This document shows, in pieces, positions 11,478 to 24,348 of a DNA stretch of 64,000 nt (position 1 is the stretch's first letter; every line of letters starts with the position of its first letter). Under the pieces are notes generated by a model that worked only from the letters and a program-made list of their open reading frames with translations, ran no database searches and was not told the origin of the DNA. Source of the DNA: Rhynchopus sp. YZ270_cl-10. Its lineage: Eukaryota. Where the stretch lies: the NCBI GenBank assembly GCA_964035575.1, contig OZ037843.1, forward strand, positions 1,364,001 to 1,428,000. The letters run 5' to 3'. The translations under genes were made by a program, and so were the position numbers.

Positions 11478-14093
11478 ATGGTGTCATGCGGGATCCAGTC
11501 GCTGACAATGCTGCTGTGTGTGGTGCTGATTCTGTCGACAGGTGCGATCATCGGTGGCTTCACTCTGTCAACATGGGACGACCTTCTGGAGAAGGCACGT
11601 GACACAGGTGACGAGGGCTTCGGGATGTGTCTCGACAGTGGTACGGCGGACATCGAAACGGTCTCGGCACGCTACCTGCGTTCTGTTCTTGGCAACGTGG
11701 ACACAGCAGTGAAGGAGTACCTGAAGGTGCCTGAGCAACTGGCCATGTCTATTGCCAACCTGGCGAAGGCACACCACCCAAACATCACCACGAGCCCTGC
11801 CTTTTCGTCTACAGTAATGCGTCCTGCAGTTATATCTGCTTTTAAGGCTGGTCTGGACTCTGGCGTTGGCTTTATAGGCTTCGAAGCGTACCCGTGGAGT
11901 GCGGTGCATCCTGTTCCGTGGAAGAGGTGGGAACCGTACACAGGGTGGGGCTCGCGGTTCTCAGTCCTGGAGGTTAGCCCAGCGGGCGGTATCAAGCCGA
12001 CGAACGGCACGAAGGTGTTCTATTTATTTGAGCTGTTAGACCCGGTCACGAAGCAGCGAGGGCACTCAGACATGGCGGTCTTTTCCGATGTTAATGACCT
12101 GGGAACTTTGAAGTACCCCTCAGAGCCGTGCAACAACATGCCAGACTACAACAAAGGCGAAGTCAAGGGATTGTGCATGTATCCCGTAGACGTGCTCGAA
12201 CCCGTGGGTTCTGATCCTTACTTCTCCCGTGGCCGTGAGCTCCACTTCTTGGGTGCCGACGATCCAGAATTGCACCCTGCCGAGACGCTCATCTATTCAC
12301 CCGCCCAGGTCCGCTGGGACCACATGGCGTGGGATATCAGCTACACCTTCACCCACCCAGATATGTACACGATGTACCCCAAGCAGGGCAAACGTGTGGG
12401 TGCTGTTACGGCTGGCGTGACTGCGCATGGGGTAACTGACGTGGTGCGTGCACAGCTGCTTCCGAAGGACACGTCGCTGTACCTGGTGGAGGACGACCGT
12501 ACATCTGGTTCAGTGGGGACAGTTGTTGCGTACAACAGAGGACGGGAGCTGAGGATGGTACGAAAATTGAGCTTGGTTGGCACCATGGGAGATCATGCGT
12601 ACAGCATCAACATAACGAACCACTCGATGGAAGACGCAACGTCGCACATCCCCTCAGTGATTGCAGAGCACGGGCGGTTTGTGTTCACACACCCGCAGAA
12701 CTACAGAGACCTTGTGGAGAAGACAGAGGACTCCTTCCTGAAGTGGTCTGACTCGAACGGCACGGAGTTCTGGACAATCACGTCGACAATTGAACACAGA
12801 ACGATCCTGTGGTATTCAACCCTTCTTGTGCCGAGGACGTCTGTGATGGATACGATTGATGCGTCGACGAATGCAATCCGTGCGAAGGTGGCATCAGATC
12901 TGTCCTCTGCAGACGCACAGAAGGAGGATGCGGTGACTGTGATGGCGATTGTGACGGCTGTTGCGGTCATCGGACTTCTTGCCATTGCTGTTGTGTTCAC
13001 ACGCTACATCACGTCACCTCTGCTGAAGCTTGGGAGAGAGATGGCAAGTGTGGCTGTGATGGACCTGGAGGCTGTGGACACGGGCCGTGCAGTGTCGCAG
13101 CTGAGTGAAGTGGGGATGATGCAGCGCAGCTTTGTTACCATGGTGGCGAACCTGGTGGAGTACCGGAACTACATGCCGCAGAGTGTGCTTGTCAACGACA
13201 GCGACAAAGAGGACGTGTCAGAGACGGATTCTACACAGGACATGAAGTCGCAGTCAGGCTTGTCTCGGCATTCACGTGCCTCACCCAGTTCTGCTGCCAC
13301 GATGCAGGCACAGAAGGCACTGCTGCGTGTGGACGGGATGAAGAAGAAGAAGGTGTCTCTGGCACACATGAACGTCGTGTCGTGGCACGCCTTCTGCAAG
13401 AAGCACAAGGATGCAGAGGTGCTCTCCGCACACGCAGGTGTGATTGAGAGGATCCTGACAGCAGTGCAGCACAACAAGGGTGTGTGCGACACATTTGCTG
13501 GCGACAAGATGCTTGCCACCTTCAACGCCTTTGTTCCGAAGTCGTCACACAGTGTTTCCTGTGTGAAGGCTGCACACGAAGCAGCAACAGCACTTGGTGA
13601 TGTGCACACGATCTCGTATGGGTGCACGACAGGCGAGGCACGTGTCGGGAACATGGGTTGCAACGGGATGAAGAAGGTGTCGATTCTTTCGCAGTCCATG
13701 TCGTGGGTGGTTGTTCTTGAGCGTTGGAACAAGAAGCACAACCTTCACGGTGTCATCGACCGCAACGCGTCACGTGAGGCGGAGGGACAGGTGGTGCTCC
13801 AATGTGCAGGTGCTGTGCTGTACGAGAAGTTCAGTGAGAACGCACAGACTGTGTTTGCTGTGAAGGGTCTGTGCAGCAGCGAAAACGAGGAGTGGATGTA
13901 CCAGCTGGAGTCTGCCTCAAACAACCCGCACGCACTGTGGAACGAGGTCTTCGAGCACATCATCAAACAGGACTTTGAGAAGGCGTCTTCTCTGCTGGAC
14001 AGCGTCGCTCAGGACCAACGCACACCTTACGAAACGCTTATGGGCTATGTGGAGGCGAAGGCTTATGCACCGTACGTTGTGGATCTGCACTGA
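11478..14093 (+). CDS. Receptor cyclase-like protein, paralog 3, 871 aa
   Basis: Same architecture; ATG at 11478; ectodomain type with WEPYTGWGSRF, as in paralog 4. Confidence 0.88.
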   Translation: MVSCGIQSLTMLLCVVLILSTGAIIGGFTLSTWDDLLEKARDTGDEGFGMCLDSGTADIETVSARYLRSVLGNVDTAVKEYLKVPEQLAMSIANLAKAHHPNITTSPAFSSTVMRPAVISAFKAGLDSGVGFIGFEAYPWSAVHPVPWKRWEPYTGWGSRFSVLEVSPAGGIKPTNGTKVFYLFELLDPVTKQRGHSDMAVFSDVNDLGTLKYPSEPCNNMPDYNKGEVKGLCMYPVDVLEPVGSDPYFSRGRELHFLGADDPELHPAETLIYSPAQVRWDHMAWDISYTFTHPDMYTMYPKQGKRVGAVTAGVTAHGVTDVVRAQLLPKDTSLYLVEDDRTSGSVGTVVAYNRGRELRMVRKLSLVGTMGDHAYSINITNHSMEDATSHIPSVIAEHGRFVFTHPQNYRDLVEKTEDSFLKWSDSNGTEFWTITSTIEHRTILWYSTLLVPRTSVMDTIDASTNAIRAKVASDLSSADAQKEDAVTVMAIVTAVAVIGLLAIAVVFTRYITSPLLKLGREMASVAVMDLEAVDTGRAVSQLSEVGMMQRSFVTMVANLVEYRNYMPQSVLVNDSDKEDVSETDSTQDMKSQSGLSRHSRASPSSAATMQAQKALLRVDGMKKKKVSLAHMNVVSWHAFCKKHKDAEVLSAHAGVIERILTAVQHNKGVCDTFAGDKMLATFNAFVPKSSHSVSCVKAAHEAATALGDVHTISYGCTTGEARVGNMGCNGMKKVSILSQSMSWVVVLERWNKKHNLHGVIDRNASREAEGQVVLQCAGAVLYEKFSENAQTVFAVKGLCSSENEEWMYQLESASNNPHALWNEVFEHIIKQDFEKASSLLDSVAQDQRTPYETLMGYVEAKAYAPYVVDLH

Positions 14094-17000
14094 GTTACGT
14101 TTATATTTTGATCATCTTGCCTCCTTCCCTACTGCGCAGTGAGCAACGTACCGCCTGAGTTCAATTTATTCATTTGACATGTTTTGTCCTTTGTTGAATG
14201 GAGCAAATTATTATTTGCGGGTCTCACGCATGCTGTCCTCTAAATACGGGTCAGTGTCTTTTTGAAATGGGGGTGCCCGGGGGGGTCAAGAGTTACTGGT
14301 AGAAACGTGGTTGAACCACGGGAGTTCTCTGGGGAACTGGGTTGCTGACCGCACCATGAAATATCAGGCTGTACCCTAAAAATTTTTTGCCTGCGGCGCC
14401 ATTTTTCCTTTTTTGCTCCGCAAAAAAGGGTTCGTTTATTTGACTCTGTGGTGTAAAAAGCTAGATTACGCCCTGCCCTAAAATTTTTTCGCCTGCGGCG
14501 CCATTTTAAATACAGTTCCCTATGTTCCCAATCAGCAGTGCTGGAAATAATCTTGGCAAAAAAAACAAGCTGACCCCCTTGAAATCTGGTTCCTGGATAA
14601 GACACTAGGGTGGGTGAAGAAAAATATGAGACCACCCCGAACTGCGGGCCTACAACAGCAAAAATATTATCTTCCCCCGTTGTGCGCGAAAAATATTTTT
14701 TCCATAAGAAAATTTTGCGATTTGAAAACCAGAAAATCCGTGATTTTCCCCCGATTTAAGGACATGCTTGGTCTCACGACATACTAAAGTGTGTTATTTA
14801 GTTGACTGCACGAGAGGCTAGCTTAGGATCATCTGATAAACTTTTCTTTGTTTTGTACTTCATTTGTGCTGCAAAAAGTGTGGTTTTGAGCCACACCACG
14901 CGTATTTGTTAAAGGGATCCGATGCACTGCCATACACAGGAGCCCGTAGATGTTCAGGTACCCCAGCAGAACTGGGTACTCATGCACATTGGGGCCATCA
15001 CGTGGTGGAAGAAGAACATTGGTGAACACAAGAAGCAGGAGCGCTTTTATTAACGCCCGGCTGCGACACGACGCGAAGGCGACTCTCGTGACCCTCACTA
15101 CTCTCCGACAGTGCGTCAGTGCTTCAGGGTGGACGTGTTGGTCTGGGAGGGCGTGCGGTTTCTTTCAGTTAATCTAAGTAATGACGAGCGATGTTTTTTT
15201 TTTTCTTATTTTTTTGCGTGTTTTTCATGTAACTTTGTGAATATACAACGTTTTACTGTGCGTGTCATTTCCCTGTTTTCCACACATTATTTGTTTTGAG
15301 TCTGAGCATATTGCACACGGCCGCCTAGCACTTCGCGGTAGCCCCAAGGGAAGACACCCTTCTTCAGAAGCCAGGTAGAGAATGCTGCCCCCCACCTACC
15401 CCCTCTACACTGTCCGCGTAGATCCCCCCCACTACGTAAGGAGTCATCTGATGCCACAAGGCAAGTCGCTCCCCCAAAGTGATGGCATTGGATGGCATGT
15501 GCACGTTTAGGAACTGAGCCACGATAGCCCTGAGGGTCCCAGATATGCACCCACGGTTGCTATCGTGCAAAATCTTAATTGTTATTTTTTTTTTGACAAA
15601 AGGCTGGGGTACAAAAAAGGTCGCGTGATTCGCCGAGCGGAACCGCCTCCGTTCTCTTATGGTACGGACCCTTTCTGAGGTGCGTTTTAGAACGTGTCCA
15701 CCACTTTTTGTTTTTAGCTCTCGCTGTGGATTATTGTTTTGTCTGCAGCTTTCTGGTGAACGGCACATTCAATGCCCCATCCAAGCACGTAAAGCACCCT
15801 GGTGCAGCATTCTTGGGTGTTCATGTGTGGTCATCCTGTGACCTCACAGGTGAAACACGTGTGGACCACTGGTGTGACCTCCACCGAAATACTTTTTTTT
15901 TTGTATACAACAGACGAAGCGGTACGCGTACGGTTGTAAAGAAATAATACAGACCGAAATGTTTGGGCGTCTTCGGTTCGAATGATTGGAATTGTGTGTG
16001 TAGTTCAGACATAAATACTGGCTCTTCTATCTTGTTCTTTTATTCATTGTTTTCCTTCATTCTTTGTTGTTGTACGCAGGGTGATTGTGCTTTCATCCAG
16101 ATAGCTGGCATCGTACGTGGGTCACGCGGAGGTGCCTGCCTTCCTTTCTTTCAGTTGACTAAGCACGAGAGCTTCTTCTGAAAAACTTTTCTTAGCCACA
16201 CCATGTCTTTGAAAACTTGGTCGTATTCATTTCTTTGTATTTTTGTATTGTGCAGGGTTCCAGGAAGTTGGTTCTTTCGAAATGACCCTGTCTGGGTCCT
16301 GAGAATGCTTCCACACACCTGGAGCCCTGGTTGTGTTGTGCTTGCAGCGTGCACAGAAGATACAAGACGGTCGGAAACAACGGGTATACACACTGTTGTG
16401 GTCGTGGTCCTTTGTGTTGCTGCAGGCTGTGCGATTGTGAGGAGCCTCTTGCTGCTCTGTGCTGACGTGGTGTGGTGCACTCTTCGTCTGTGTCGAAGGA
16501 ACACATTCCGAAACAGTGGTTCGCGCTTTTGATACTCGGTGCTTGCTTGCAAGATCTCCTTACCCTCCCTCTCCCGGCTCTCCCAAGCTCTCACAGCTTT
16601 TGTCCCTACTTCGTTCACTAGTCTTATCACTTTGTTTGTATCTGTTTCTGCATATGTTCCACACATTAGTTTCTCCTTTATTTCTTACTTCACCCACACC
16701 TCAATCCTCACATACGTGTCTGCAAAGACCCGTGCACCCTCACTCCATATTTGTTTTCTCGAATTTTTATTTCAACTTCAAAAAATTTTTATTCAAAACA
16801 AGAGTACCTGACGCTGATGTACACTCCATCTGTCGACTGAAAATATTATCTCAACTAGTTTCTCGTAGTTTAACAGAAGAACGGGGTTGGGAATGCTTCA
16901 TGAAAAATGTGACGGCACCAGAAAACATTCATTTGTTGCTTCCCCGTTGTGACAGTCTTTTGCAAATACGTTGCAAAAGAAACACAACTAACGATCATAA

Positions 17001-17561
17001 AAAGCTCACTGTCTCAACCTTCGTGTTTGTCTTTCATTCTTTTGAAGCTTGAAGGATGTGTGTGCACGGGAGGCACGTTCATCTGTCAAGGCTTCTTTCT
17101 TTCCTTTCCTTTGCTGGTATTCTATAAGTTTGCTTCACTATCGTTGATTCATCTTTAGTTTCTGTGTTGTTGACTTTTGGCTTTCGTGACGGAAGCACCT
17201 GGAACACACTGCTTTCTATTGTTCTTAGCGCGATAGTTTCACGAACTTTCCTGCAGTCAACGCAGGGAAAGAATAATCAACGATGTGACACAGGATATGG
17301 GTGGTTCAGTGATTCCACAGAACAGACACCATTGATGTGTCCCAACCAAAACCAAATCAATTAAAAAAGAGAGTTTTTGAAGCAAGTAAGGAAAGAAAAC
17401 TCAGGAAACAAAGGCGCAGACTGTCAGAGTAGTACGCGTGTTTTTATTTAGTGCGTTGTAGTTTGGTCGTTCCCAAAACCCCACACCCACAGCATCCACC
17501 CTCCATCATTTTCCATGTCTTGCATCCCGTCTGTCCCCTCACCCCACCACACATCCCCAGA

Positions 17562-17593
17562 CACTCTCTTCCCTTTTTGTACACCTCAGAACA
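17562..17593 (+). promoter_or_regulatory. Conserved polypyrimidine tract plus AG (putative trans- or cis-splice acceptor) immediately upstream of the ATG; the same motif precedes all 8 paralogs
   Basis: CACTCTCTTCCCTTT(C/T)TGTACACCTCAG|AACAATG, with minor variants, lies before every start codon, preceded by a CA-rich CACCACACATCCCCAGA motif. Confidence 0.6.
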
Positions 17594-20212
17594 ATGGTGT
17601 CGTGCGGGATCCAGTCGCTGACAATACTGCTGTGTGTGGTGCTGATTCTGTCGACAGGTGCGATCATCGGTGGCTTCACTCTGTCAACATGGGATGACCT
17701 TCTGGAGAAGGCACGTGACACAGGTGACGAGGGCTTCGGGATGTGTCTCGACAGTGGTACGGCGGACATCGAAACGGTCTCGGCACGCTACCTGCGCTCC
17801 GTCCTTGGCAACGTGGACACGGCAGTGAAGGAGTACCTGAAGGTGCCTGAGCAGCTCGTGGTCACGCTTGCCAACCTGGCGAGGGCACACCACCCAAACA
17901 TCAGCACGAGCCCCGACTTTGCTAATATAATGCGTCCTGCAGTCATGTCTGCTTACAAGGCTGGTCTGGACTCTGGTGTTGCCTTGATCGGATTCGAAGC
18001 GTACCCGTGGAGTGCGGTGCATCCTGTTCCGTGGAAGAGGTGGGAACCGTACACAGGGTGGGGCTCGCGGTTCTCCTTCGTGGAACTGAGTCCAGCGGGC
18101 GGTATCAAGCCGAAGAACGGCACGAAGATTTTATTTATAGTTCAGTTAACTGACCCTGTGACGAAGCAGCCAGGGCACTCGGACATGCTCATGTTTTCCG
18201 AAGTGGACGATCTGGGAGCCTTGAAATACCCCTCAGCACCATGCAACAACATGCCAGACTACAACAAGGGTGAGGTCAAGGGAATGTGCATGTACCCCTT
18301 GGCGATGATGGAACCACCGGGTTCCGATGCTTATCTCTCCCGTGGCCGTGAGCTCCACTTCTTAGGTGACGACGAGCCACCCCTGAACCCTGCAGACACG
18401 CTTGTCTACTCACCCGCCCTGGTACGCTGGGACCACATGGCGTGGGAGATCAGCTACACCTTCACCCACCCAGATATGTACACGATGAACCCCAAGCAGG
18501 GCAAGCGTGTGGGTGCTATCATCGCCAGCGTGACTGCGCATGGGGTAACTGACGTGGTGCGTGCACAGCTGCTTCCGAAGGACACGTCGCTGTACCTGGT
18601 GGAGGACGACCGTGTGTCTGGTTCAGTCGGTACACTTGTTGCGTTCAACAGAGGACGCGAGATGAGGATGGTACGAGAAATGAACTTAGTTGGCATCATT
18701 TCAGAACTCGCATACAGCATCAACATAACGAACCACTCGATGGAAGACGCAACGTCGGACATCCCCTCAGTGATTGCAGAGCACGGGCGGTTTGTGTTCA
18801 CACACCCGCAGAACTACAAAGACCTTGTGGAGAAGACAGAGGACTCCTTCCTGAAGTGGTCTGACTCGAACGGCACGGAGTTCTGGACAATCACGTCGAC
18901 AATTGAACACAGAACGATCCTGTGGTATTCAACCCTTCTTGTGCCGAGGACGTCTGTGATGGATACGATTGATGCGTCGACGAATGCAATCCGTGCGAAG
19001 GTGGCATCAGATCTGTCCTCTGCAGACGCACAGAAGGAGGATGCGGTGACTGTGATGGTGATTGTGACGGCTGTTGCGGTTATCGGACTTCTTGCCATTG
19101 CTGTTGTGTTCACACGCTACATCACGTCACCTCTGCTGAAGCTTGGGAGAGAGATGGCAAGTGTGGCTGTGATGGACCTGGAGGCTGTGGACACGGGCCG
19201 TGCAGTGTCGCAGCTGAGTGAAGTGGGGATGATGCAGCGCAGCTTTGTTACCATGGTGGCGAACCTGGTGGAGTACCGGAACTACATGCCGCAGAGTGTG
19301 CTTGTCAACGACAGCGACAAAGAGGACGTGTCCGAGACGGATTCTACACAGGACATGAAGTCGCAGTCACGCAAGTCCAGGCATTCACATTCACATGTGA
19401 CACCTATTTCTGCTGAAACGATGCAGGCACAGAAGGCACTGCTGCGTGTGGAAGGGATGAAGAAGAAGAAGGTGTCTCTGGCACACATGAACGTCGTGTC
19501 GTGGCACGCCTTCTGCAAGAAGCACAAGGACGCAGAGGTGCTCTCCGCACACGCAGGTGTGATTGAGAGGATCCTGACAGCAGTGCAGCACAACAAGGGT
19601 GTGTGCGACACGTTCTCTGGCGACAAGATGCTTGCCACCTTCAACGCCTTTGTTCCGAAGCCGTCGCACAGTGTTTCCTGTGTGAAGGCTGCACACGAAG
19701 CAGCAACAGCACTAGGTGATGTGCACACGATCTCGTATGGGTGCACGACAGGCGAGGCACGTGTCGGGAACATGGGTTGCAACGGGATGAAGAAGGTGTC
19801 GATTCTTTCGCAGTCCATGTCGTGGGTGGTTGTGCTTGAGCGTTGGAACAGGGAGGAGAACCTTCCTGGTGTCATCGACCACAACGTGTCACGTGAGGTG
19901 GAGGGACAGGTGGTGCTCCGTTGTGCAGGTGCTGTGCTGTACGAGAAGTTCAGTGAGAACGCACAGACTGTGTTTGCTGTGAAGGGTCTGTGCAGCAGCG
20001 AAAACGAGGAGTGGATGTACCAGCTGGAGTCTGCCTCAAACAACCCGCACGCACTGTGGAACGAGGTCTTCGAGCACATCATCAAACAGGACTTTGAGAA
20101 GGCGTCTTCTCTGCTGGACAGCGTCGCTCAGGACCAACGCACACCTTACGAAGAGCTTATGGGCTATGTGCGGCACAAGGCTTATGCACCGTTCGTTGTG
20201 CGCTTGCACTGA
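17594..20212 (+). CDS. Receptor cyclase-like protein, paralog 4, 872 aa
   Basis: The ORF begins exactly at MVSCGIQ; same architecture. Confidence 0.9.
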   Translation: MVSCGIQSLTILLCVVLILSTGAIIGGFTLSTWDDLLEKARDTGDEGFGMCLDSGTADIETVSARYLRSVLGNVDTAVKEYLKVPEQLVVTLANLARAHHPNISTSPDFANIMRPAVMSAYKAGLDSGVALIGFEAYPWSAVHPVPWKRWEPYTGWGSRFSFVELSPAGGIKPKNGTKILFIVQLTDPVTKQPGHSDMLMFSEVDDLGALKYPSAPCNNMPDYNKGEVKGMCMYPLAMMEPPGSDAYLSRGRELHFLGDDEPPLNPADTLVYSPALVRWDHMAWEISYTFTHPDMYTMNPKQGKRVGAIIASVTAHGVTDVVRAQLLPKDTSLYLVEDDRVSGSVGTLVAFNRGREMRMVREMNLVGIISELAYSINITNHSMEDATSDIPSVIAEHGRFVFTHPQNYKDLVEKTEDSFLKWSDSNGTEFWTITSTIEHRTILWYSTLLVPRTSVMDTIDASTNAIRAKVASDLSSADAQKEDAVTVMVIVTAVAVIGLLAIAVVFTRYITSPLLKLGREMASVAVMDLEAVDTGRAVSQLSEVGMMQRSFVTMVANLVEYRNYMPQSVLVNDSDKEDVSETDSTQDMKSQSRKSRHSHSHVTPISAETMQAQKALLRVEGMKKKKVSLAHMNVVSWHAFCKKHKDAEVLSAHAGVIERILTAVQHNKGVCDTFSGDKMLATFNAFVPKPSHSVSCVKAAHEAATALGDVHTISYGCTTGEARVGNMGCNGMKKVSILSQSMSWVVVLERWNREENLPGVIDHNVSREVEGQVVLRCAGAVLYEKFSENAQTVFAVKGLCSSENEEWMYQLESASNNPHALWNEVFEHIIKQDFEKASSLLDSVAQDQRTPYEELMGYVRHKAYAPFVVRLH

Positions 20213-22300
20213 AGTTTAGTATTGCTCTTCTTGCCTCGCCACTGTGCAGGGCTTGGAGTCTGCTGCTGGTTCTTTGACATGTTGTTATAGGAACATAGGT
20301 GGGGTAAAACACCGGAGGGGAATATTGTTGTTGCGGGCACCCGGATCTCCCCAGGAGGGGTAAAAACTAAGTGTGGGCTTTCAAAACTCTTAGGAGGGTT
20401 GTTACCCCTCCGATGGTTGTTGTCTTACTGTAATTGACAACATGTTATGGAAGCAGAACCTGGCGAGCACTCGAATAACGCAGGCTCGCCTCGAACGTAT
20501 GGTTATTGACTGGGCACGACTTGCAGGCTGTTGTCTCGTGGCGCTAACTCCTTCGCACTGCATGAGTGCTTCAGGCTAGACCTATGGGTCTGGGATGGTT
20601 TGAGGTTCTTTTCTCAGTTCAATCTTGAGGAATTACGAGAGTTGTTTTTCTATTTTTGCGACTTTGTGTTTTGCGTTGCAGTTTTTATTTTTATATATTT
20701 GAAGAATTGTTGGAATAGTGTAGTGGCCACCTGTGCAAGCTCCACTGTCCCTTAATTCACTTTTTGAACTTTGATACAGCCCCGCCAGCTCCTACGTCTT
20801 CAGATTTTGTTCGAGTTGTGTTGCAGGGGACATAAGAGTGGGAACTACCACTGAAGTGCCTTTTTGTATTTTATTTTTGAAATCCGAAGCTCACTTCGGA
20901 GTGACCTTCGAAAAGTGCCTTAGACAGTGACGTTCCTCCCCTTTTTCTTTTTTGAAATCCAGTGTCACGAAGTGATCTAGGATGCTTAGCATACACCGTG
21001 AACACGTTGGAGTTTATTCTTTGGTACTTTAAAACGCTAATCCTCTATGTGCGTCGCAGGCTAACAAAGGAAGGTGCGTAGGATGACTTCACGTTCACCA
21101 TCTTCGATGCAGAAGTCTTTGTGGAAACCAGAGTGGGTGCACTGAACAATAACGAGTAGGTCACTTTTCTTTTCCAGTTGTACCATTTTTTTTGAAAAAC
21201 TTGGTCGTATTCATTTCTTTGTATTTTTGTATTGTGCAGGGTTCGAGGAAGTTGGTTCTTTCGAAATGACCCTGTCTGGGTCCTGAGAATGCTTCCACAC
21301 ACCTGGAGCCCTGGTTGTGCTGTGCTTGCAGCGTGCACAGAAGATACAAAGACGGTCGGAAACAACGGGTATACACACTGTTGTGGTCGTGGTCCTTTGT
21401 GTTGCTGCAGGCTGTGCGATTGTGAGGAGCCTCTTGCTGCTCTGTGCTGACGTGGTGTGGTGCACTCTTCGTCTGTGTCGGAGGAGCATGATGGGGTGCC
21501 CCGCCTTCATAGTACTGTACCTTGGTTCACTAGTGATACCATGTTATCTTGTGTCTTTTCTTGTTACTTTCCCCCTTCTTTCTTACTTCACCCACACCTC
21601 AATCCTCACATACGTGTCTGCAAAGACGCGTGCACCCCTCCGCTCCATATTTGCTCTCGTAGTTTAACAGAAGAACGGGGTTCGGAATGCTTCATGAAAA
21701 CGTGACGGCACCACCAGAAAACATTCATTTGTTGTCTCAGGATCTTCGTTGTGAGTTGTGAAAGACTTTTGCAAATCGTTAAAAAAAGCGTGCTAAAAGA
21801 AACACAACTAACGATCATAAAAAGCTCACTGTCTCAACCTTCGTGTTTGTCTTTCATTCTTTTGAAGCTTGAAGGATGTGTGTGCACGGGAGGCACGTTC
21901 ATCTGTCAAGGCTTCTTTCTTTCCTTTCCTTTGCTGGTATTCTATAAGTTTGCTTCACTATCGTTGATTCATCTTTAGTTTCTGTGTTGTTGACTTTTGG
22001 CTTTCGTGACGGAAGCACCTGGAACACACTGCTTTCTATTGTTCTTAGCTTGCCTAGAACACATACAGTCACGATCATAAGCCAACTTGTCTTCAGAACA
22101 TTGATCAGGAAACAAAAGCGCAGGCTGTCAGAGTCGTGCGCTTGTTTTTATTTAGTGCGTTTTATTTTGGTCGTGTTTCCAAAACCCCACACCCACAGCA
22201 TCCACCCCACATACTTTTGGCTTGTCTTGCATCCTCTCTGTCCCCTCACCCCACCACACATCCCCAGACACTCTCTTCCCTTTTTGTACACCTCAGAACA

Positions 22301-24095
22301 ATGGTGTCGTGCGGGATCCAGTCGCTGACAATACTGCTGTGTGTGGTGCTGATTCTGTCGACAGGTGCGATCATCGGTGGCTTCACTCTGTCAACATGGG
22401 ACGACCTTCTGGAGAAGGCACGTGACACAGGTGACGAGGGCTTTGGGATGTGTCTCGACAGTGGTACGGCGGACATTGAAACGGTCTCGGCACGCTACCT
22501 GCGCTCCGTTCTTGGCAACGTGGACACAGCAGTGAAGGAGTACCTGAAGGTGCCTGAGCAGCTCGTGGTCTCGATTGCCAACCTGGCGAAGGCACACCAC
22601 CCAAACGTCAGCACGAGCCCCGACTTTGCTAATATAATGCGTCCTGCAGTCATGTCTGCTTACAAGGCTGGTCTGGACTCTGGTGTTGCCTTGATCGGAT
22701 TCGAAGCGTACCCGTGGAGTGCGGTGCATCCTGTTCCCCTTCCTGAAGTGGTCTGACTCGAACGGCACGGAGTTCTGGACAATCACGTCGACAATTGAAC
22801 ACAGAACGATCCTGTGGTATTCAACCCTTCTTGTGCCGAGGACGTCTGTGATGGATACGATTGATGCGTCGACGAATGCAATCCGTGCGAAGGTGGCATC
22901 AGACCTGTCCTCTGCAGACGCACAGAAGGAGGATGCGGTGACTGTGATGGTGATTGTGACGGCTGTTGCGGTGATCGGACTTCTTGCCATTGCTGTTGTG
23001 TTCACACGCTACATCACGTCACCTCTGCTGAAGCTTGGGAGTGAGATGGCAAGTGTGGCTGTGATGGACCTGGAGGCTGTGGACACGGGCCGTGCAGTGT
23101 CGCAGCTGAGTGAAGTGGGGATGATGCAGCGCAGCTTTGTTACCATGGTGGCGAACCTGGTGGAGTACCGGAACTACATGCCGCAGAGTGTGCTTGTCAA
23201 CGACAGCGACAAAGAGGAAGTGTCCGAGACGGATTCTACACAGGACATGAAGTCGCAGTCAGGCTTGTCTAATTCACGTGCTTCACCTAGTACAGTTGTT
23301 ACGATGCAAAACCAGAAGGCACTGCTGCGTGTGGAAGGGATGAAGAAGAAGAAGGTGTCGCTGGCACACATGAACGTCGTGTCGTGGCACCCCTTCATCA
23401 AGAAGCACAAGGACGCAGAGGTGCTCTCCGCACACGCAGGTGTGATTGAGAGGATCCTGACAGCAGTGCAGCACAACAAGGGTGTGTGCGACACGTTTGC
23501 TGGCGACAAGATGCTTGCCACCTTCAACGCCTTTGTTCCGAAGTCGTCACACAGTGTTTCCTGTGTGAAGGCTGCACACGAAGCAGCAACAGCACTTGGT
23601 GATGTGCACACGATCTCGTATGGGTGCACGACAGGCGAGGCACGTGTCGGGAACATGGGTTGCAACGGGATGAAGAAGGTGTCGATTCTTTCGCAGTCCA
23701 TGTCGTGGGTGGTTGTGCTTGAGCGTTGGAACAAGAAGGAGAAGCTGCCTGGTGTAATCGACCGCAACGTGTCACGTGAGGCGGAGGGACAAGTGGTGCT
23801 CCGTTGTGCAGGTGCTGTGCTGTACGAGAAGTTCAGTGAGAACGCCCAGACTGTGTTTGCTGTGAAGGGTCTGTGCAGCAGCGAAAACGAGGAGTGGATG
23901 TACCAGCTGGAGTCTGCCTCAAACAACCCGCACGCACTGTGGAACGAGGTCTTCGAGCACATCATCAAACAGGACTTTGAGAAGGCGTCTTCTCTGCTGG
24001 ACAGCGTCGCTCAGGACCAACGCACACCTTACGAAGAGCTTATGGGCTATGTGCGGCACAAGGCTTATGCACCGTTCGTTGTGGTCATGCACTGA
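22301..24095 (+). pseudogene. Paralog 5 with an 815-bp internal deletion of most of the variable ectodomain, causing a frameshift
   Basis: The junction CATCCTGTTCC|CCTTCCTGAAGTGG at ~22737/22738 joins sequence equivalent to 18030 and 18846 of paralog 4. It splits the gene into ORFs 22301-22756 and 22719-24095 in different frames. Confidence 0.85.
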
Positions 24096-24169
24096 GTTGA
24101 GTTTGATTGCCATTTACTCTTGAAGGGGAAACATTTTTGTGAAAGCATGTTCATAGCAGCAATATTAGC

Positions 24170-24348
24170 TAGAGAATGCGCATCATGTGGATAATGCGCA
24201 TAATTGTGTTATGCGCATGTTTTTTTTGTTGATTGTGTGTTTTTTTTATGTCATGAGCAGACAACAAAACAAAAGTGGATGCGCCGAAAAAATATGAGCA
24301 TGAGAATTTGTGTTTTTTACACAATTTGCGCATGATGCGCATTCTGTA
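24170..24348. mobile_element. Small MITE-like element with ATGCGCAT motifs
   Basis: TA(G/C)AGAATGCGCATCATG inverted at both ends; no clear TSD. Confidence 0.5.
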
